A DNA stretch of 61,147 nucleotides, taken from assembly GCF_001194135.2 (NCBI RefSeq), contig NC_068982.1:35263888-35325034 (forward strand), given 5' to 3'. This DNA comes from Octopus bimaculoides (Eukaryota). Below the pieces are notes generated by a model. The model saw nothing but the letters and a program-made list of their open reading frames with translations, ran no database searches and was not told the DNA's origin. Positions within the stretch are counted from its first letter, which is position 1; each line of letters starts with the position of its first letter. Below, piece by piece: positions 37,513 through 50,289 of the stretch. The position numbers and the translations under genes are program-made.

Positions 37513-37810
37513 ACTATTTAAAAATAAAAACAAAGTTAAGACGAATCTTCTTTTATGCTTTAGATACAGGACAAAAGACAGTGATGAAAGACAGTTTTTC
37601 AGTGATTCAGAGACAGACAAGAAGTAGGAAGTTATGTCTCAGTATATCCAGTGAGGATCAGATCAGACGCCACTACCCAAACGCTTGTAATATAGTAAAT
37701 TTTCTGAAGACACCTAAACGTGAGATAGCGGTGTCAAACTGGAGACGAGAAAGATATACCATCGAACAAGATTTAGTACAATTTACGTCTATCAAATTGA
37801 GGTTTATCCT
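37513..37810 (+). repeat. Dispersed repeat, possibly a piggyBac-like 5' fragment; inverted copy at 43148-43450
   Basis: aaaaataaaaacaaagttaagacgaatcttcttttatgctttagatacag..gtgtcaaactggagacgagaa is the reverse complement of 43148-43450. Acidic DSDE..FSDSETD start. Confidence 0.7.
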
Positions 37811-38119
37811 GCAGGCGTCATGTTGCTCTAATACACGCTACAGTAGAATGGAGTCATATGAAGGCGAAACGAGATTCTTAAGCACGCAGTCACAAGTAAA
37901 ATATAAAACTATACTGCATATTACACCCATTTATCAGGTATAGTTAGTAAGAAATTGACCAGAAAGGCTATCGCAGGTTATTTGTATCCAAACCAAGGAG
38001 GAGTTTAAAAGTGATACTTTGAAGCTAGAAATTGCGTACTGGGAGATATTAATAGAATGTTCATATATCTGTAGCACTTCAATATTATTATGTCTGCTAA
38101 TATAGTATGTTCATATAAA

Positions 38120-38328
38120 ACGGCGAGCTGATAGAATTGTTAGCAACCGGGCAAAACGCTTAGCGGCATTTCGTCTGTCTCTACGTTCTGAGCTCAAATT
38201 CTGCCGAGGTCGACTCTGCCTTTCATTCAGCGGGGTCGATAAAATAAGTACCAGTTGAGCACAGGGGTCGATTTCATCGACTGGGCCCTCCACAAATTGT
38301 TGGCCTTGTGCCAAAATTTGAAACCAAT
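38120..38328 (+). mobile_element. SINE-A
   Basis: cggcgagctgatagaattgttagc..ggccttgtgccaaaatttgaaacc. Confidence 0.85.
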
Positions 38329-38375
38329 ATAATTTGTTCATTTAATCAAATCCTTGTTTTATGTACTTGTTCCGT

Positions 38376-38409
<34 letters not shown>

Positions 38410-40049
38410 CATGCGTGTGTATATATGATATTTAGTAGCATTAGTATCGTCAGGTCACCAGGAGTTTGAGTTCATTTGTACTTCACGCCTGTCATTAAAC
38501 GTATATTAATCCTCAATTAGACCTTAGTTTAATTGTATTTAGGTTTCATGGGATTAAAACCGAAATGTCTTTATTGTTAGAAAGTGATAAGATATTATAA
38601 GTGAGAGTAGTCAACTGTTTTGTATATGTTGACTATTTTATTACATTACCTTATATTCTATTATTTACTCACACCTATTTTTTGTGCATACATTTTTATT
38701 ATATGATATCTCTGTACTCACAAGAACAGAGATATTGGCTAATTACTTTTTAATTAAATTTTGGAAATGCGATCAGTTTCAACAACAATGAAAGTAATAT
38801 AAAACAGATAAGGAAACAGTTGTAAATACGAAAGAAACAATATACATCAACTCCATTTTCTCACATTTTATATATTAATTTCTGTTACATATCCTCGGGC
38901 AACAGAAACGGGATAGTTCCTTTCTCTCTCAAGTAATAATATGTAGGTGATTAATCCCTGTAAGATAACAAACGCATGCCAGTATAAAATATCATTTCAA
39001 AAAAATATATCTAATTTATATGTCTAGTCAGCGTCCGAATTACTAAAACTACCGATGGGCATCAGTAGTGTCTTTTCAAACTGAAATATCGGACACACTC
39101 CAATGTCTTCGTTTTAAGGTATCTCTGTATTAAGAAAAACAAGACAAAAGTTAGATGAAAGACTCGAGGACGACTGAAACATCTATTGTCGAAAATAAGA
39201 AGGAAGATCAAACAAATGTGCCTAAGTAAAACAGACAAAAACAAAACAACAAATGAATAAAATAAGTCTATTTTGGAAATCCGATGACTAGTGGAAGAGT
39301 TATTATTTGAAGTCATTAAAAAACTTCAGCTAAAAATAACGAACACGAGGAGTTTTCAAGATGACCAATAAAACCATGAAACGGCATGACAGCCACAAAA
39401 CATAGAACTTTTTTGCTGGATGTTATGAACTGTTTGGCTTCTTCAGATGTTCGCTGTGTTAAAAGCTATTTCAATCATGTTGTATAGCTAATTATCTGGA
39501 AACCTTATAATGCAAAGAGGAAAAGAAAAAAGAAATAAAACAATGAAAAAAGCTATGTAAAATACGCATAAATTATAGAATGAATTAGAATTCGCCATTC
39601 AAATTTCATTTGTAAATTTTTTCTTAATTTTTTGGTGAGGTGGAGTAGGGAGGGGGTCCATTGATAATTTCATCTAAATTATCTCATTGCCTTTCTTAAG
39701 ACAATCAGCAAAACAATAGGTTTGGCATTCTTTTAAAAATTCACTTTCTGAAAAGGTTATCTTTGTGCTCAACTACAATATTATGAAAATAGCAGATTTT
39801 CCCTCCCAGCTGTTTCTTTTAATCTCATAATAAATATGAAAAGATTTCAGTTTGTATTAAAGAAAAAACAGTGTTTAAGTAGACAATTTAATTTTAGAAT
39901 AATCATAAAGTATTTTATTTAAATTATGAAGGAAAGATTTTGCTGCTTGTCTTCTCACGATCCTGTTTCTCTTGTTTTTAAATTTTGTTTACCTTGATAA
40001 CAAACTTTCTTCTGATTTTTTCTACGTATTACCTAGAAGAAGATTGGCT

Positions 40050-40355
40050 TTCAATCGTTTTATTATTATAATTCTTACCCTATCGCCCGAAATTGCTGGT
40101 ATTGTGCTAAAATTTGAAACCGTTCTTATTATAATTCTGATGACGGCGAGCGTACAGAACCGCTAACACGCCAGTAAAAAAAAAAATGGTTGGCGAGATT
40201 TCGTCCGTCTTTCCTTTCTAAATTCAAATACCACCGAAGTCGATTTTGCCATTCATCCTTTCAGGATCGATAAAATAAGTACCAGTCAAGCACTGGATCA
40301 ATATAATCGACTAGCCCCTTCCTCAAAAATGTCTTCTGAATATTTAGTAGAAAAG

Positions 40356-40387
<32 letters not shown>

Positions 40388-40990
40388 GGCGACGCTACGT
40401 TCTAAGTTCAAATTCCACCGAGGTCGACTTTGCCCTTCATTCTTTCGGGGTCGATGAAATAAGTACCAGTTACGCACTGGGGTCGATTAAATCGACTATC
40501 CCCCTTGCCCAAATTTCAGGTCTTATGCCTATAGTAGAAAGGATTATTATTAAGGCGACGAGCTGGCAGAATGGTTAGCACGCCGGGCAAAATGCTTAGC
40601 CCGTTGCAACGTTCTGTGTTCAAATTCCACCAAGGTCAACTTTGCCTTTCGTCCTTTCGGAGTCGAAAAATAAAGTACCAGTGGAGTACTGGAGCTATAT
40701 AATTGACTAGTCTCCTTCCACTAAATTGCATGCTTTGTGCAAATAGTAGAAATAATAATAAATATTATTATTATTATTCTGAAGGCGACGAACTGGCAGA
40801 AGAGTTACCTACCATGTTTCACGGCATTTCATCCGTCTTTACGTTCAGAGTTCGAATTCCACCGAGGTCCACATTATGGTTCATCCTTCTGGGGGCGATA
40901 AAATAAGTATAAGTTGAATATTGGCGTCGATGTAATCGACTTACCCTTTGCCCCGAAACGCTAGCCGTGTGCCAAAATTTGAAACCATTG
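40050..40990 (+). mobile_element. Head-to-tail array of five SINE-A copies
   Basis: 3' stub 40050-40112, then copies at ~40142-40357, 40387-40545, 40553-40752 and 40783-40987, separated by (ATT)n. Confidence 0.85.
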
Positions 40991-41447
40991 TTATTATTAT
41001 TCTGATAGCGGTGAGTAGGAAGAAAGAAGGGTGCGTAGGAATGGGCGTTGTTGTGTGCGACGGCAGAGCAAAAAATGTTCGGAACGTTGTGAACTACACT
41101 AAAGACACTCATGAACCAGGTATTAGTATTGTCAGAGCCACAGGATCTGCCTATCACGTATCGGTCTTGTTAGCCACGTCCGCTTCCATGCGAAAATATG
41201 TGTTGAAGGCGTAGGAGGATGAATATCTTGTCATTACTTTAGATGGGCTGTCATAAGCAAACAATAAGCAAAGCACATAAGACCACTATAGACGGCATGA
41301 TGTTCCTATACAACAAATATATTTTATATGTATCAAATACATTTATAGATTCAATATCGAGTGGTGGAATGGCAGAAATGCTAAAGTGCCGTTACTTTTT
41401 TAATAATATATATATATAATTTATTATATTATTTGAACAAACACAAA

Positions 41448-41643
41448 GCGGCGAGCTGGCAGAATCGTTAGCACGCTTAGCAACATGCATAGCAGTATTT
41501 CGTCACTCCTTACGTTCCGAGTTCAAATTTGCCTCTCATCCCTACCAGGTCGATAAAGTAAGCACCAACCACTTGGGTACTGGGCCCATGTAATCAACTT
41601 ACCCAATTCCCTGAAATTGCTGACTTTGTTCCAAAATTTGAAA
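41448..41643 (+). mobile_element. SINE-A
   Basis: gcggcgagctggcagaatcgttagcacg..ccaaaatttgaaa. Confidence 0.8.
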
Positions 41644-42818
41644 TTATTATTAGAACAAGCTTGGAAACTTCATTTTCATGTAATGTTATGAACAACAGAT
41701 CAACATTTGAAAGACTGCTTCGCTTCAAGCTTAACTTTTAAAAGCTATCTTTCCAGAATATTTTTTTAACTGCTTTTACTTGAACTCTTAGAACTCATAA
41801 GCAAAGTTTCCATGGAGTACTCCCTACAAGCCTTAAACAGGACGTCGATCCGTTGCAGGATCAGTCAGTAACGCACACTAACAGAACACTAGTCCCGCTA
41901 CCGAAAGCAGTAATCCATCGCAACACATGACAAACTTTAACCATTAAGTTCACGTACATTTAATCAAGGGCAAGCCGACCTCACAGACTTTATAGTCCTT
42001 GAAGTAACTATTTACTGCTGTACTTGCAAGCACAAGGCGTAAATGAGGTGTAATGATTCAACCCGTGAATTAAATCTGAGTCACAGATTCAGTAAGAGCA
42101 CAGAAGTTTACCATTTCATGGCAACACTAACAAATCTTTTATAGAACAAGTTTTATTTTGTTTACTTTAAAATTTATCAATGGGCGGTTGTAAATGGATG
42201 TTACATGTTTCTGTCACTTTTATAAATCATATATTTGCTTAATATTTTAACTTTTATTTTCATTATTTTACTGATAAATTTTTACGATATTTTCTTAGGT
42301 TTTCTTTTTAATANNNNNNNNNNNNNNNNNNNNNNNNNNNNNNNNNNNNNNNNNNNNNNNNNNNNNNNNNNNNNNNNNNNNNNNNNNNNNNNNNNNNNNN
42401 NNNNNNNNNNNNNNNNNNNNNNNNNNNNNNNNNNNNNNNNNNNNNNNNNNNNNNNNNNNNNNNNNNNNNNNNNNNNNNNNNNNNNNNNNNNNNNNNNNNN
42501 NNNNNNNNNNNNNNNNNNNNNNNNNNNNNNNNNNNNNNNNNNNNNNNNNNNNNNNNNNNNNNNNNNNNNNNNNNNNNNNNNNNNNNNNNNNNNNNNNNNN
42601 NNNNNNNNNNNNNNNNNNNNNNNNNNNNNNNNNNNNNNNNNNNNNNNNNNNNNNNNNNNNNNNNNNNNNNNNNNNNNNNNNNNNNNNNNNNNNNNNNNNN
42701 NNNNNNNNNNNNNNNNNNNNNNNNNNNNNNNNNNNNNNNNNNNNNNNNNNNNNNNNNNNNNNNNNNNNNNNNNNNNNNNNNNNNNNNNNNNNNNNNNNNN
42801 NNNNNNNNNNNNNNNNNN

Positions 42819-42898
<80 letters not shown>

Positions 42899-43147
42899 CT
42901 TCTGTCTTTTACTGGTTTCAGCCTGAAATTGAGATCATGCTGGAGCACTGCCTTTGCCTAGAGGCACATACCCATGTCGACAAATACGAACTGGAAGAGC
43001 GCAAAGCGAATAATCCCGCCATCGAAACTTCGTCCGGTCGGCAAGACACTACATATGTGGGGAAGAGCGAGGGGGAGAGAAAGAGAGATCCTTGGGGTGT
43101 AATACTTTATGTTCAGTTGTCAGTAAATTTTACCAGTTGTCCATAAA

Positions 43148-43450
43148 TTTGATAGACGTAAATTGTGTTAAAGCCTGTCGGACGGTCTGTCCTTCTCGTC
43201 TCCAGTTTGACACCACTACCTCACGTTTAGGTGTTTTTGGAGGATTCTACTATATTACGAGCATTTGGGTAGTGACGTCTGATCTGATGCTCACTGGGTA
43301 TACTGATAAACAGCTTCCTGCTTCTCCAGCACGTCAACTCTTCCTTGTCTGTCTCTGAATAACTGAAAAACTCTGTTTCACCATTGTCTTTCGCTCTGTA
43401 TCTAAAGCATAAAAGAAGATTCGTCTTAACTTTGTTTTTTATTTTTAAAT
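43148..43450 (-). repeat. Inverted copy of the 37513-37810 repeat
   Basis: Direct sequence comparison; long identical block taaagcataaaagaagattcgtcttaactttgtttttatttttaaata. Confidence 0.75.
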
Positions 43451-43519
43451 AATTTGACCAACTACGTATTCAGATGTATGTATGCGCTTACGTGTTATGT
43501 GTATGTTATATGTGAATGT

Positions 43520-43904
43520 AGTAGAGGCGCAATGGCCCAGTGGTTAGGGCAGCGGACTCGCGGTCATAGGATCGCGGTTTCGATTCCCAGACCGGGCGTT
43601 GTGAGTGTTTATTGAGCGAAAACACCTAAAGGTCCACGAGGCTCCGGCAGAGGATGGTGGCGAACCCTGCTGTACTCTTCCACCACAACTTTCTCTCACT
43701 GTTACTTCCTGTTTATGTTGTGCCTGTAATTCAAAGGGTCAGCCTTGTCACACTGTGTCACGCTGAATATCCCCGAGAACTACGTTAAGGGTACACGTGT
43801 CTGTGGAGTGCTCAGCCACTTGCACGTTAATTTCACGAGCAGGCTGTTCCGTTGATCGGATCAACTGGAACCCTCGACGTCGTAAGCGACGGAGTGCCAA
43901 CAAC
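43520..43904 (+). mobile_element. SINE-C, full length, with a 10-bp target-site duplication
   Basis: tRNA-like head ggcgcaatggcccagtggttagggcagcggactcgcggtcataggatcgcggtttcgattcc; 3' tail gttccgttgatcggatcaactggaaccctcg..gacggagtgccaacaac; TSD atgtgaatgt at 43510-43519 and 43905-43914. Confidence 0.9.
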
Positions 43905-44290
43905 ATGTGAATGTGTAATGTGAACGTGTGTACATGTATGAGTTATGTGTGTAGATAATTGGAGCCTGCGTGTTGGTGTATTTACATGAAATGTTGCTTG
44001 AATGTGTGTCTGTCTGCCTGTCTATCTGTTGGTCATGTGTGCACAGGAATGCACACATACCTAACACACAACCCCACGCTTAAACACATACGCACACATA
44101 CACGCACACACGTACACACAACTACACGCACGCGCATAAACGCACAAGAATGCACATATACCTCCACACACAACCCACGTACACACATACACACGCGCGC
44201 GCGCACACACACACACATATATATACACGCACACACATACACACACACGCACACTCGAAGTGAAATAGAATTCAAGCTATTTTTTCCGTA

Positions 44291-45030
44291 TAGTGATCCC
44301 CCACTCTCCGGTGTGGACGGGACCTATGCACTGTACATACCTCTGTCTGCATGTAACTGCTTCACCAGACGGCGCGCGGCGGCAGCCGTTAGCATCGAGT
44401 CTAATATGAAAGACGTGTCGCTATATATTTTCTATTTCCGATCGCAATAGTGATAATCTACCCCAAAATGTTGGTTGATAGATCTAAGGAAAAGAAAAGA
44501 GCATCAATTTCGTTGGAGGCCAAGATCAATATTTTGGCTTGTCTTCGTAAGGGCGAAAGTGCAGCGTCCTTGGGTAGAGCGTTCTTCCTGAACGAAGCTA
44601 CAATAAGAACGATCAAAAAGAATGATACTGCCATTAGAAGATTTGTAGCTTCTGGAACAAAATTATCTTCCAAGTCGTTGTCATATACAAGAGACAATCA
44701 TTCAAGAAAAAATGGAGGAAGCTTTAATAACATGGATCGAAGGGAACAATAAAAAAAAGGATACCAATATGAGTATTTCAGAGAATGTATATGATGCCAC
44801 GTTAGTTTATAGTAGTGATGATGAAGAAGTGGTTCCACTATCTGCAAGTACAATTCTAGAAGGCCTCCAAATAGCCAATAAACTTCGAAATCATTTTCTT
44901 ACAAATGATAACAATGTTGAACGAGCTGTGCAATTCCAACGTGATTTGAAAATGATTATGGCTCGTTATGAAGAATCATATAAAGCAAATATCAGTTTTA
45001 TCTTGCCATTTCAAGAGTTAGAAATATTAC
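44291..45030 (+). mobile_element. Tigger/pogo-like transposon derivative (HTH_psq/CENP-B N-terminus fused to a C-terminal remnant, DDE domain deleted)
   Basis: ORF 44450-44752 KKKRASISLEAKINILACLRKGESAASLGRAFFLNEATIRTIKKN and ORF 44712-45056 MEEALITWIE..SDDEE..LEGLQIANKL. TA+tagtgatccccc at the left end; no matching right TIR recognised. Confidence 0.8.
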
Positions 45031-45180
45031 TGGGTAGACGCGGGTACCTCTATTAGTAAACACACACACGCATACATACATGCATACACACACGCACAAA
45101 TACATACACACGCATACACGCACACAGACACACATGGATGGTGGATGGATGGACACGGACGGACGGATGGACGAATGTGT

Positions 45181-45211
<31 letters not shown>

Positions 45212-45247
45212 AGGGAAGAATATCAATTTCAATATATGTGGATAAAT

Positions 45248-45290
<43 letters not shown>

Positions 45291-45445
45291 AAGACAGAGA
45301 GATATGAGTTCATACCGAAAAGGAATAGAATTAAGCGACCAATCAATGTTAATATCGTTAGGGAGTGTGAAACAATATTGTCGCTTGAGGAACGGAATCG
45401 AGAAACTCTGAGCAGCAGCAAACGAAGATGGAGCTTGAGTACTTG

Positions 45446-45509
<64 letters not shown>

Positions 45510-46094
45510 AATGGTTTAACACGTTTCATGCTACGTGTACATAGTTTGAGTACAAGAAAATGCAACGTATTGCGGGAAATAACAAGGAAAATGATAGTAG
45601 TAATAGATGAGGAACGAGGGGAAACATTGATGCAGAATGAATATGTAGTGAATTAGATAACTTAAGAATGACTGAAAAGTGCGAGGTAAGAAGAAAAAAA
45701 ATGCCTTTTTTGTTTGTTTGTTTTGTTTGTTTGTTTTTAAATTATAAAACAGTGGTAAACAGTCCTTATATATTCACTAATTTGGCTTCATAATTGCTGT
45801 TAGCTAGCCGAAAAGAAAGTTTCAGGAGATATGGGTTAGTTGCACGTTTCACTTGGCTTCTTGTTCCGAAATTGGCTGCTGCTGCTGTCAGAGGCCTGAT
45901 AGCCAATGAGCTTAGCTGCTGAGTGTCCGCTCTATTACTACCAAAGATAAAGAGGGGAAAAAAAGGTGATAATACACAGAATATGGACTGATTAAGGAGC
46001 AAACCAATGTAAGCTAGTCAGATGGCACTTCTAGAACGATATTAAATTAATTTAGAATCTTTATTGTTGTTGTTGTTAATATTATTATTATTTC

Positions 46095-46223
46095 ATCTTT
46101 TCGGGGGCGATAAAATAAGTACCAATTGAGTTCTGGGATTGGTGTTAATCGACTAGCCCCCTCTCCCATAATTAGAGACCTTGTGCTTAATTGAGTAAGG
46201 ATTATTATTATTATTATTATTAC

Positions 46224-46320
<97 letters not shown>

Positions 46321-46905
46321 TGTTAGGCGGCGAGCTGGCAGAATCGTTAACACGCTGGGTAAAATGCTTAGCGGCATTTCGTCTGTCTTTATGTTCTGAG
46401 TTCAAATTCCACCGAGGTTGAATTTGCCTTTCATCCTTTCGGGGTCGATAAATTAAATACCAGTGAAACGCTGGAGTCGATGTAATCGACTAGTTTCCTC
46501 TTAATCCGATCCTGATCATCATCTTTATCATCACTATCATCGTTATAACCAATAACTCTATAACTGTTAATACTGCAGACAATATTCAGAAGCTTTTAAA
46601 AAATTTATTTGAATACTGAAATCATCACCACTATCGCCACACTATATACAACAGTGCCTACCTCAGCACATGTTATTAATAACAATATTAACATTTCAAA
46701 AAGGTGGCGAGCTGGCAGAAACGTTAGCATGCCGGGCGAAATGCTTAGCGGTATTTCGTCTGCCGTTACGTTCTGAGTTCAAATTCCACTTAGGTCGATT
46801 TTACCTTTCATTCTTTCGGGATCAATAAATTAAGTACTGGAGTAAATCTAATCGACTAACCCACTCCCCAAATATTTTGGGCCTTGTACCTAAAGTGGAA
46901 AAGAA
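46095..46905 (+). mobile_element. Three SINE-A copies around a ~120-bp (TTA)n
   Basis: 3' half at 46095-46200, (TTA)n at 46200-46322, copies at 46326-46500 and 46703-46905. Confidence 0.85.
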
Positions 46906-47005
46906 TATTAACATTTCAGCTCGACCAATACCAAAGCGGTTGGCAGAAATTATGGCATTTTTTAAATGCAGCGGGGGCGGGGGTACGGATCGGTATACTT
47001 ACATA

Positions 47006-47330
47006 TTGGCACTCCGTCGGTTACGACGACGAGTGTTTCAGTTGATCCGATCAACGGAACAGCCTGCTCGTGAAATTAACGTGCAAGTGACTGAGCATTC
47101 CACAAGCACGCCTACCCTTAACGTAGTTCTCAGGGAGATTCAGTGTGACGCAGAATATGACAAGCCTGGTCCCTTTGAAATACAGGTACTACTCATTTTT
47201 GCCAGCTGAGTGAACTGGAGCAATGTGAAATAAAGTGTCTTGCTCAAGGACACAACGCGTCGCCGGGAATCAACTCACGACATTACGATCGTGAGCCGAA
47301 TAACCTAACCACTAAGCCCCGCGCCTTCAC
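47006..47330 (-). mobile_element. SINE-C' (different tRNA head and central ttgtgtccttgagcaagacac block, same 3' tail as SINE-C)
   Basis: Shares the cacgttaatttcacgagcaggctgttccgttgatcggatcaact..gacggagtgcca tail. An internally deleted relative lies at 33871-34088(-); the same head with a different tail lies at 56416-56740(+). Confidence 0.85.
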
Positions 47331-47504
47331 ACATACATATGCATACATGCAAATATACACACTTATACCTACATATGCACGCATATATATATAAACATGC
47401 GCGCATGTGTGTGTGTGTGTGTGTGTGTGTGTGAGTGTGTATGCGTTTATGCTACAAATGAAAGAAAAAGAGTGCGCAATGCATCTTTTACCATTTATTT
47501 ATTT

Positions 47505-47684
47505 CAGTCAGTGGAAAGGGGCCATGCTGGGGCACCGCCTTGAAGTGTTTTAGTTGAATAAATCGATCTCACTACTTATCTTAGAGCTTATTTATTCTTT
47601 TAGACTCTTTTGTCAAACTACTAATTTACCGGGATGTAAACAAACCAACACAAGTTGTCAAACTGTGGTGAGGGACAAACGCAA

Positions 47685-47724
<40 letters not shown>

Positions 47725-47960
47725 ATATTATATATATTACTCTTTACTCTTTACTCTTTTACTTGTTTCAATCATTTGACTGCGACCATGCTGGAGCACC
47801 GCCTTTTAGTCGAGCAAACCGACCTCAGGACTTATTCTTTGTAAGCCTAGTACTTTTTCTATCGGTCTCTTTTGCCGATCCGCTAAGTTACGGGGACGTA
47901 AACACACCACCATCGGTTGTCAAATGATGTTGGGGGGACAAACACAGAAACACAAACATA
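47505..47960 (-). mobile_element. Two SINE-B 3' halves in tandem
   Basis: gccatgctggggcaccgcc at 47521 and gaccatgctggagcaccgcc at 47783, separated by (CA)n. Confidence 0.8.
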
Positions 47961-48507
47961 TACAGACACATCCATATATATNNNNNNNNNNNNNNNNNNN
48001 NNNNNNNNNNNNNNNNNNNNNNNNNNNNNNNNNNNNNNNNNNNNNNNNNNNNNNNNNNNNNNNNNNNNNNNNNNNNNNNNNNNNNNNNNNNNNNNNNNNN
48101 NNNNNNNNNNNNNNNNNNNNNNNNNNNNNNNNNNNNNNNNNNNNNNNNNNNNNNNNNNNNNNNNNNNNNNNNNNNNNNNNNNNNNNNNNNNNNNNNNNNN
48201 NNNNNNNNNNNNNNNNNNNNNNNNNNNNNNNNNNNNNNNNNNNNNNNNNNNNNNNNNNNNNNNNNNNNNNNNNNNNNNNNNNNNNNNNNNNNNNNNNNNN
48301 NNNNNNNNNNNNNNNNNNNNNNNNNNNNNNNNNNNNNNNNNNNNNNNNNNNNNNNNNNNNNNNNNNNNNNNNNNNNNNNNNNNNNNNNNNNNNNNNNNNN
48401 NNNNNNNNNNNNNNNNNNNNNNNNNNNNNNNNNNNNNNNNNNNNNNNNNNNNNNNNNNNNNNNNNNNNNNNNNNNNNNNNNNNNNNNNNNNNNNNNNNNN
48501 NNNNNTC

Positions 48508-48830
48508 ATAGGATCGCGGTTTCGATTCCCAAACCGGGCGTTGTGAGTGTTTATTGAGCGAAAACACCTAAAGCTCCACGAGGCTCCGGCAGGGGATGGT
48601 GGCGAACCCTGCTGTACTCTTCCACCGCAACCTTCTCTCACTCTTACTTCCTGTTTCTGTTGTGCCTGTAATTCAAAGGGTCAGCCTTGTCATACTGTGT
48701 CACGCTGAATATCCCCGGTATACGTGTCTGTGGAGTGCTCAGCCACTTGCACGTTAATTTCACGAGCAGGCTGTTCCGTTGATCAACTGGAACCCTAGAC
48801 GTTGTAAGCGACGGAGTGCCAACAACAACC
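48508..48830 (+). mobile_element. SINE-C (5' end lost in the gap)
   Basis: Close match to 43565-43904. Confidence 0.9.
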
Positions 48831-49541
48831 ATGAGAGGTATGGGGTCAAAAATTAAAGTTAAAAATGAATGTAAATGAGAGAATCGAAACGATAAACAGA
48901 TGTCAACAAATCTGAATTCAAGACATTTGCGAAATTCAGGACGACACCTAACGGTAGGTATTGGAACTACCAGTGGAATATGTGCTGCGAAAGACAGATA
49001 AATAAAACAACACAGCTGATTTCATGCTTTAATAGACTAGGCTACACTACTTTATGTTGTGTATTTTAGCATTTACTGTATTTTAATGTGATTTTATATG
49101 CTTTTATTCTTATTTATTGTAACATGATTTTATGTGCTTTTAAAGTTTTTTAGTGGTTTTAGCTCTGTTGAACCCTCGAGACAACAAAGTGTAAAACATA
49201 CCAAGGTTTTATATCAAACAATGATTTATTCGCTGAAAGTATACTTCTAACAACCAAATAACTGCCAATTAGATCCACTTGAGGTATTGTGCCCAGGTGG
49301 GATTCTCACCTTCTACCCCCACCCGCACCCCATAGTCCGTGCATTTACATTATAGACTATTGTCAAAAAGATTACAGTCTTGAGTAGAACAAAAAATGCC
49401 ACAGAAATTGCTGCGTGTTTTCGAATGAAAATAGTTTATTGATAGCTGTTTGGTCATACAAATTTAAATAATCAATGTTTTGACAAGAGCATTACTTACT
49501 ACTACTACACTGGAAGTCAAAGAATGACCATTCAAAACATA

Positions 49542-49755
49542 CAAGAGAGTGCTGAAAAGTTTCTGGCTTTGAGTAAAAGAAAATACAGGCGAATCAGTTA
49601 ATCATTATTTTATTCAACATATTCCCCTTTCAGATTCACACACTTATTGCGTCGGTCCTTCAGTTTTTCTAAGCCCTGTAAAAGAACTCAGGTTAGGCCT
49701 CCAACCAGGCTTTTCGCCATACCTTTAAAGCCAGGAACTTTTCAGCACCCCCTCA
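49542..49755. mobile_element. Mariner-type MITE with TIRs and TA flanks; duplicated right end at 49793-49873
   Basis: Left TA|caagagagtgctgaaaagtttctggcttt versus right aaagccaggaacttttcagcaccccctca|TA, a ~29-bp imperfect inverted repeat. Confidence 0.85.
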
Positions 49756-50289
49756 TAAAGCTTTATTTTCGTAAGTCCCAAGTTCCTCAGATAAAAGAAC
49801 GCGGAAGGATCGGCCTCCAACCAGGCTTTTAACGATGCCCTTAAAGCTAGGAACTTTTCAGCGCCCCCTCGTGAACTATTATAAAAAGTAAGAATATGTT
49901 CTTCCAGAAGTTTCTCCTCTCACTTTTGTAAATTGCAGTGTTGCTTATAGAGTTTTGTATACTTCTACCTGATTCGTATCTCATTACTAAGAGCCCTTCT
50001 TTTCAGCAAGATACAACAGTTACAAACACATGTGGAGAAGCGTATATGTATGTAGTTACGTGTGTGTATGCGCGTCTATGTATACACACACACAGGCTTT
50101 TGGTGACGTCTGAAGTCACACAGGCTTTTGGTGACGCCTGAAGTAAAGAAGAGAATGCTCAAATACAGGTGTTAACGGCTGCGGGGTCGGTTTAGAGAAT
50201 AGGAATGTTCTGTAAGATGATGGAGTAGATGGTGAGGGAGATGAGAATGTGATTAGGGTAGGTAGATATTAAGTATGAGGGTAGAAACC

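Larger units (their letters stand above)
38500..42130 (-). pseudogene. Probable further LRR-7TM GPCR remnant (copy D)
   Basis: ORF 39062-39316 reads FVVLFLSVLLRHICLIFLLIF (TM1), RPRVFHLTFVLFFLIQ (TM2), ECVRYFSLKRHY*CPSVVL (TM3). Weak LRRNT/LRR-like words (TPCACK..VCEVGLPLI; SF*KLSL..VDL..LHENEVSKL) at 41660-42080. A SINE array lies in between. Confidence 0.33.

Noticed and set aside
40050-40990. Regularly spaced repeats suggestive of a CRISPR array
   Set aside because: The units are ~200-bp diverged SINEs without unique spacers, there are no cas genes, and the context is eukaryotic.
43524-43600. tRNA-like sequence, and similar A/B-box heads elsewhere
   Set aside because: It continues into a SINE body with a TSD and multiple dispersed copies, so it is a SINE head rather than a tRNA gene.
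44450-45056. Domesticated TIGD/CENP-B gene
   Set aside because: It is frameshifted, lacks the DDE domain and is embedded among repeats, so it is a transposon relic.
45800-46030. GC-richer patch with CCAAT-like words
   Set aside because: Short motifs expected by chance, with no independent evidence of a promoter.
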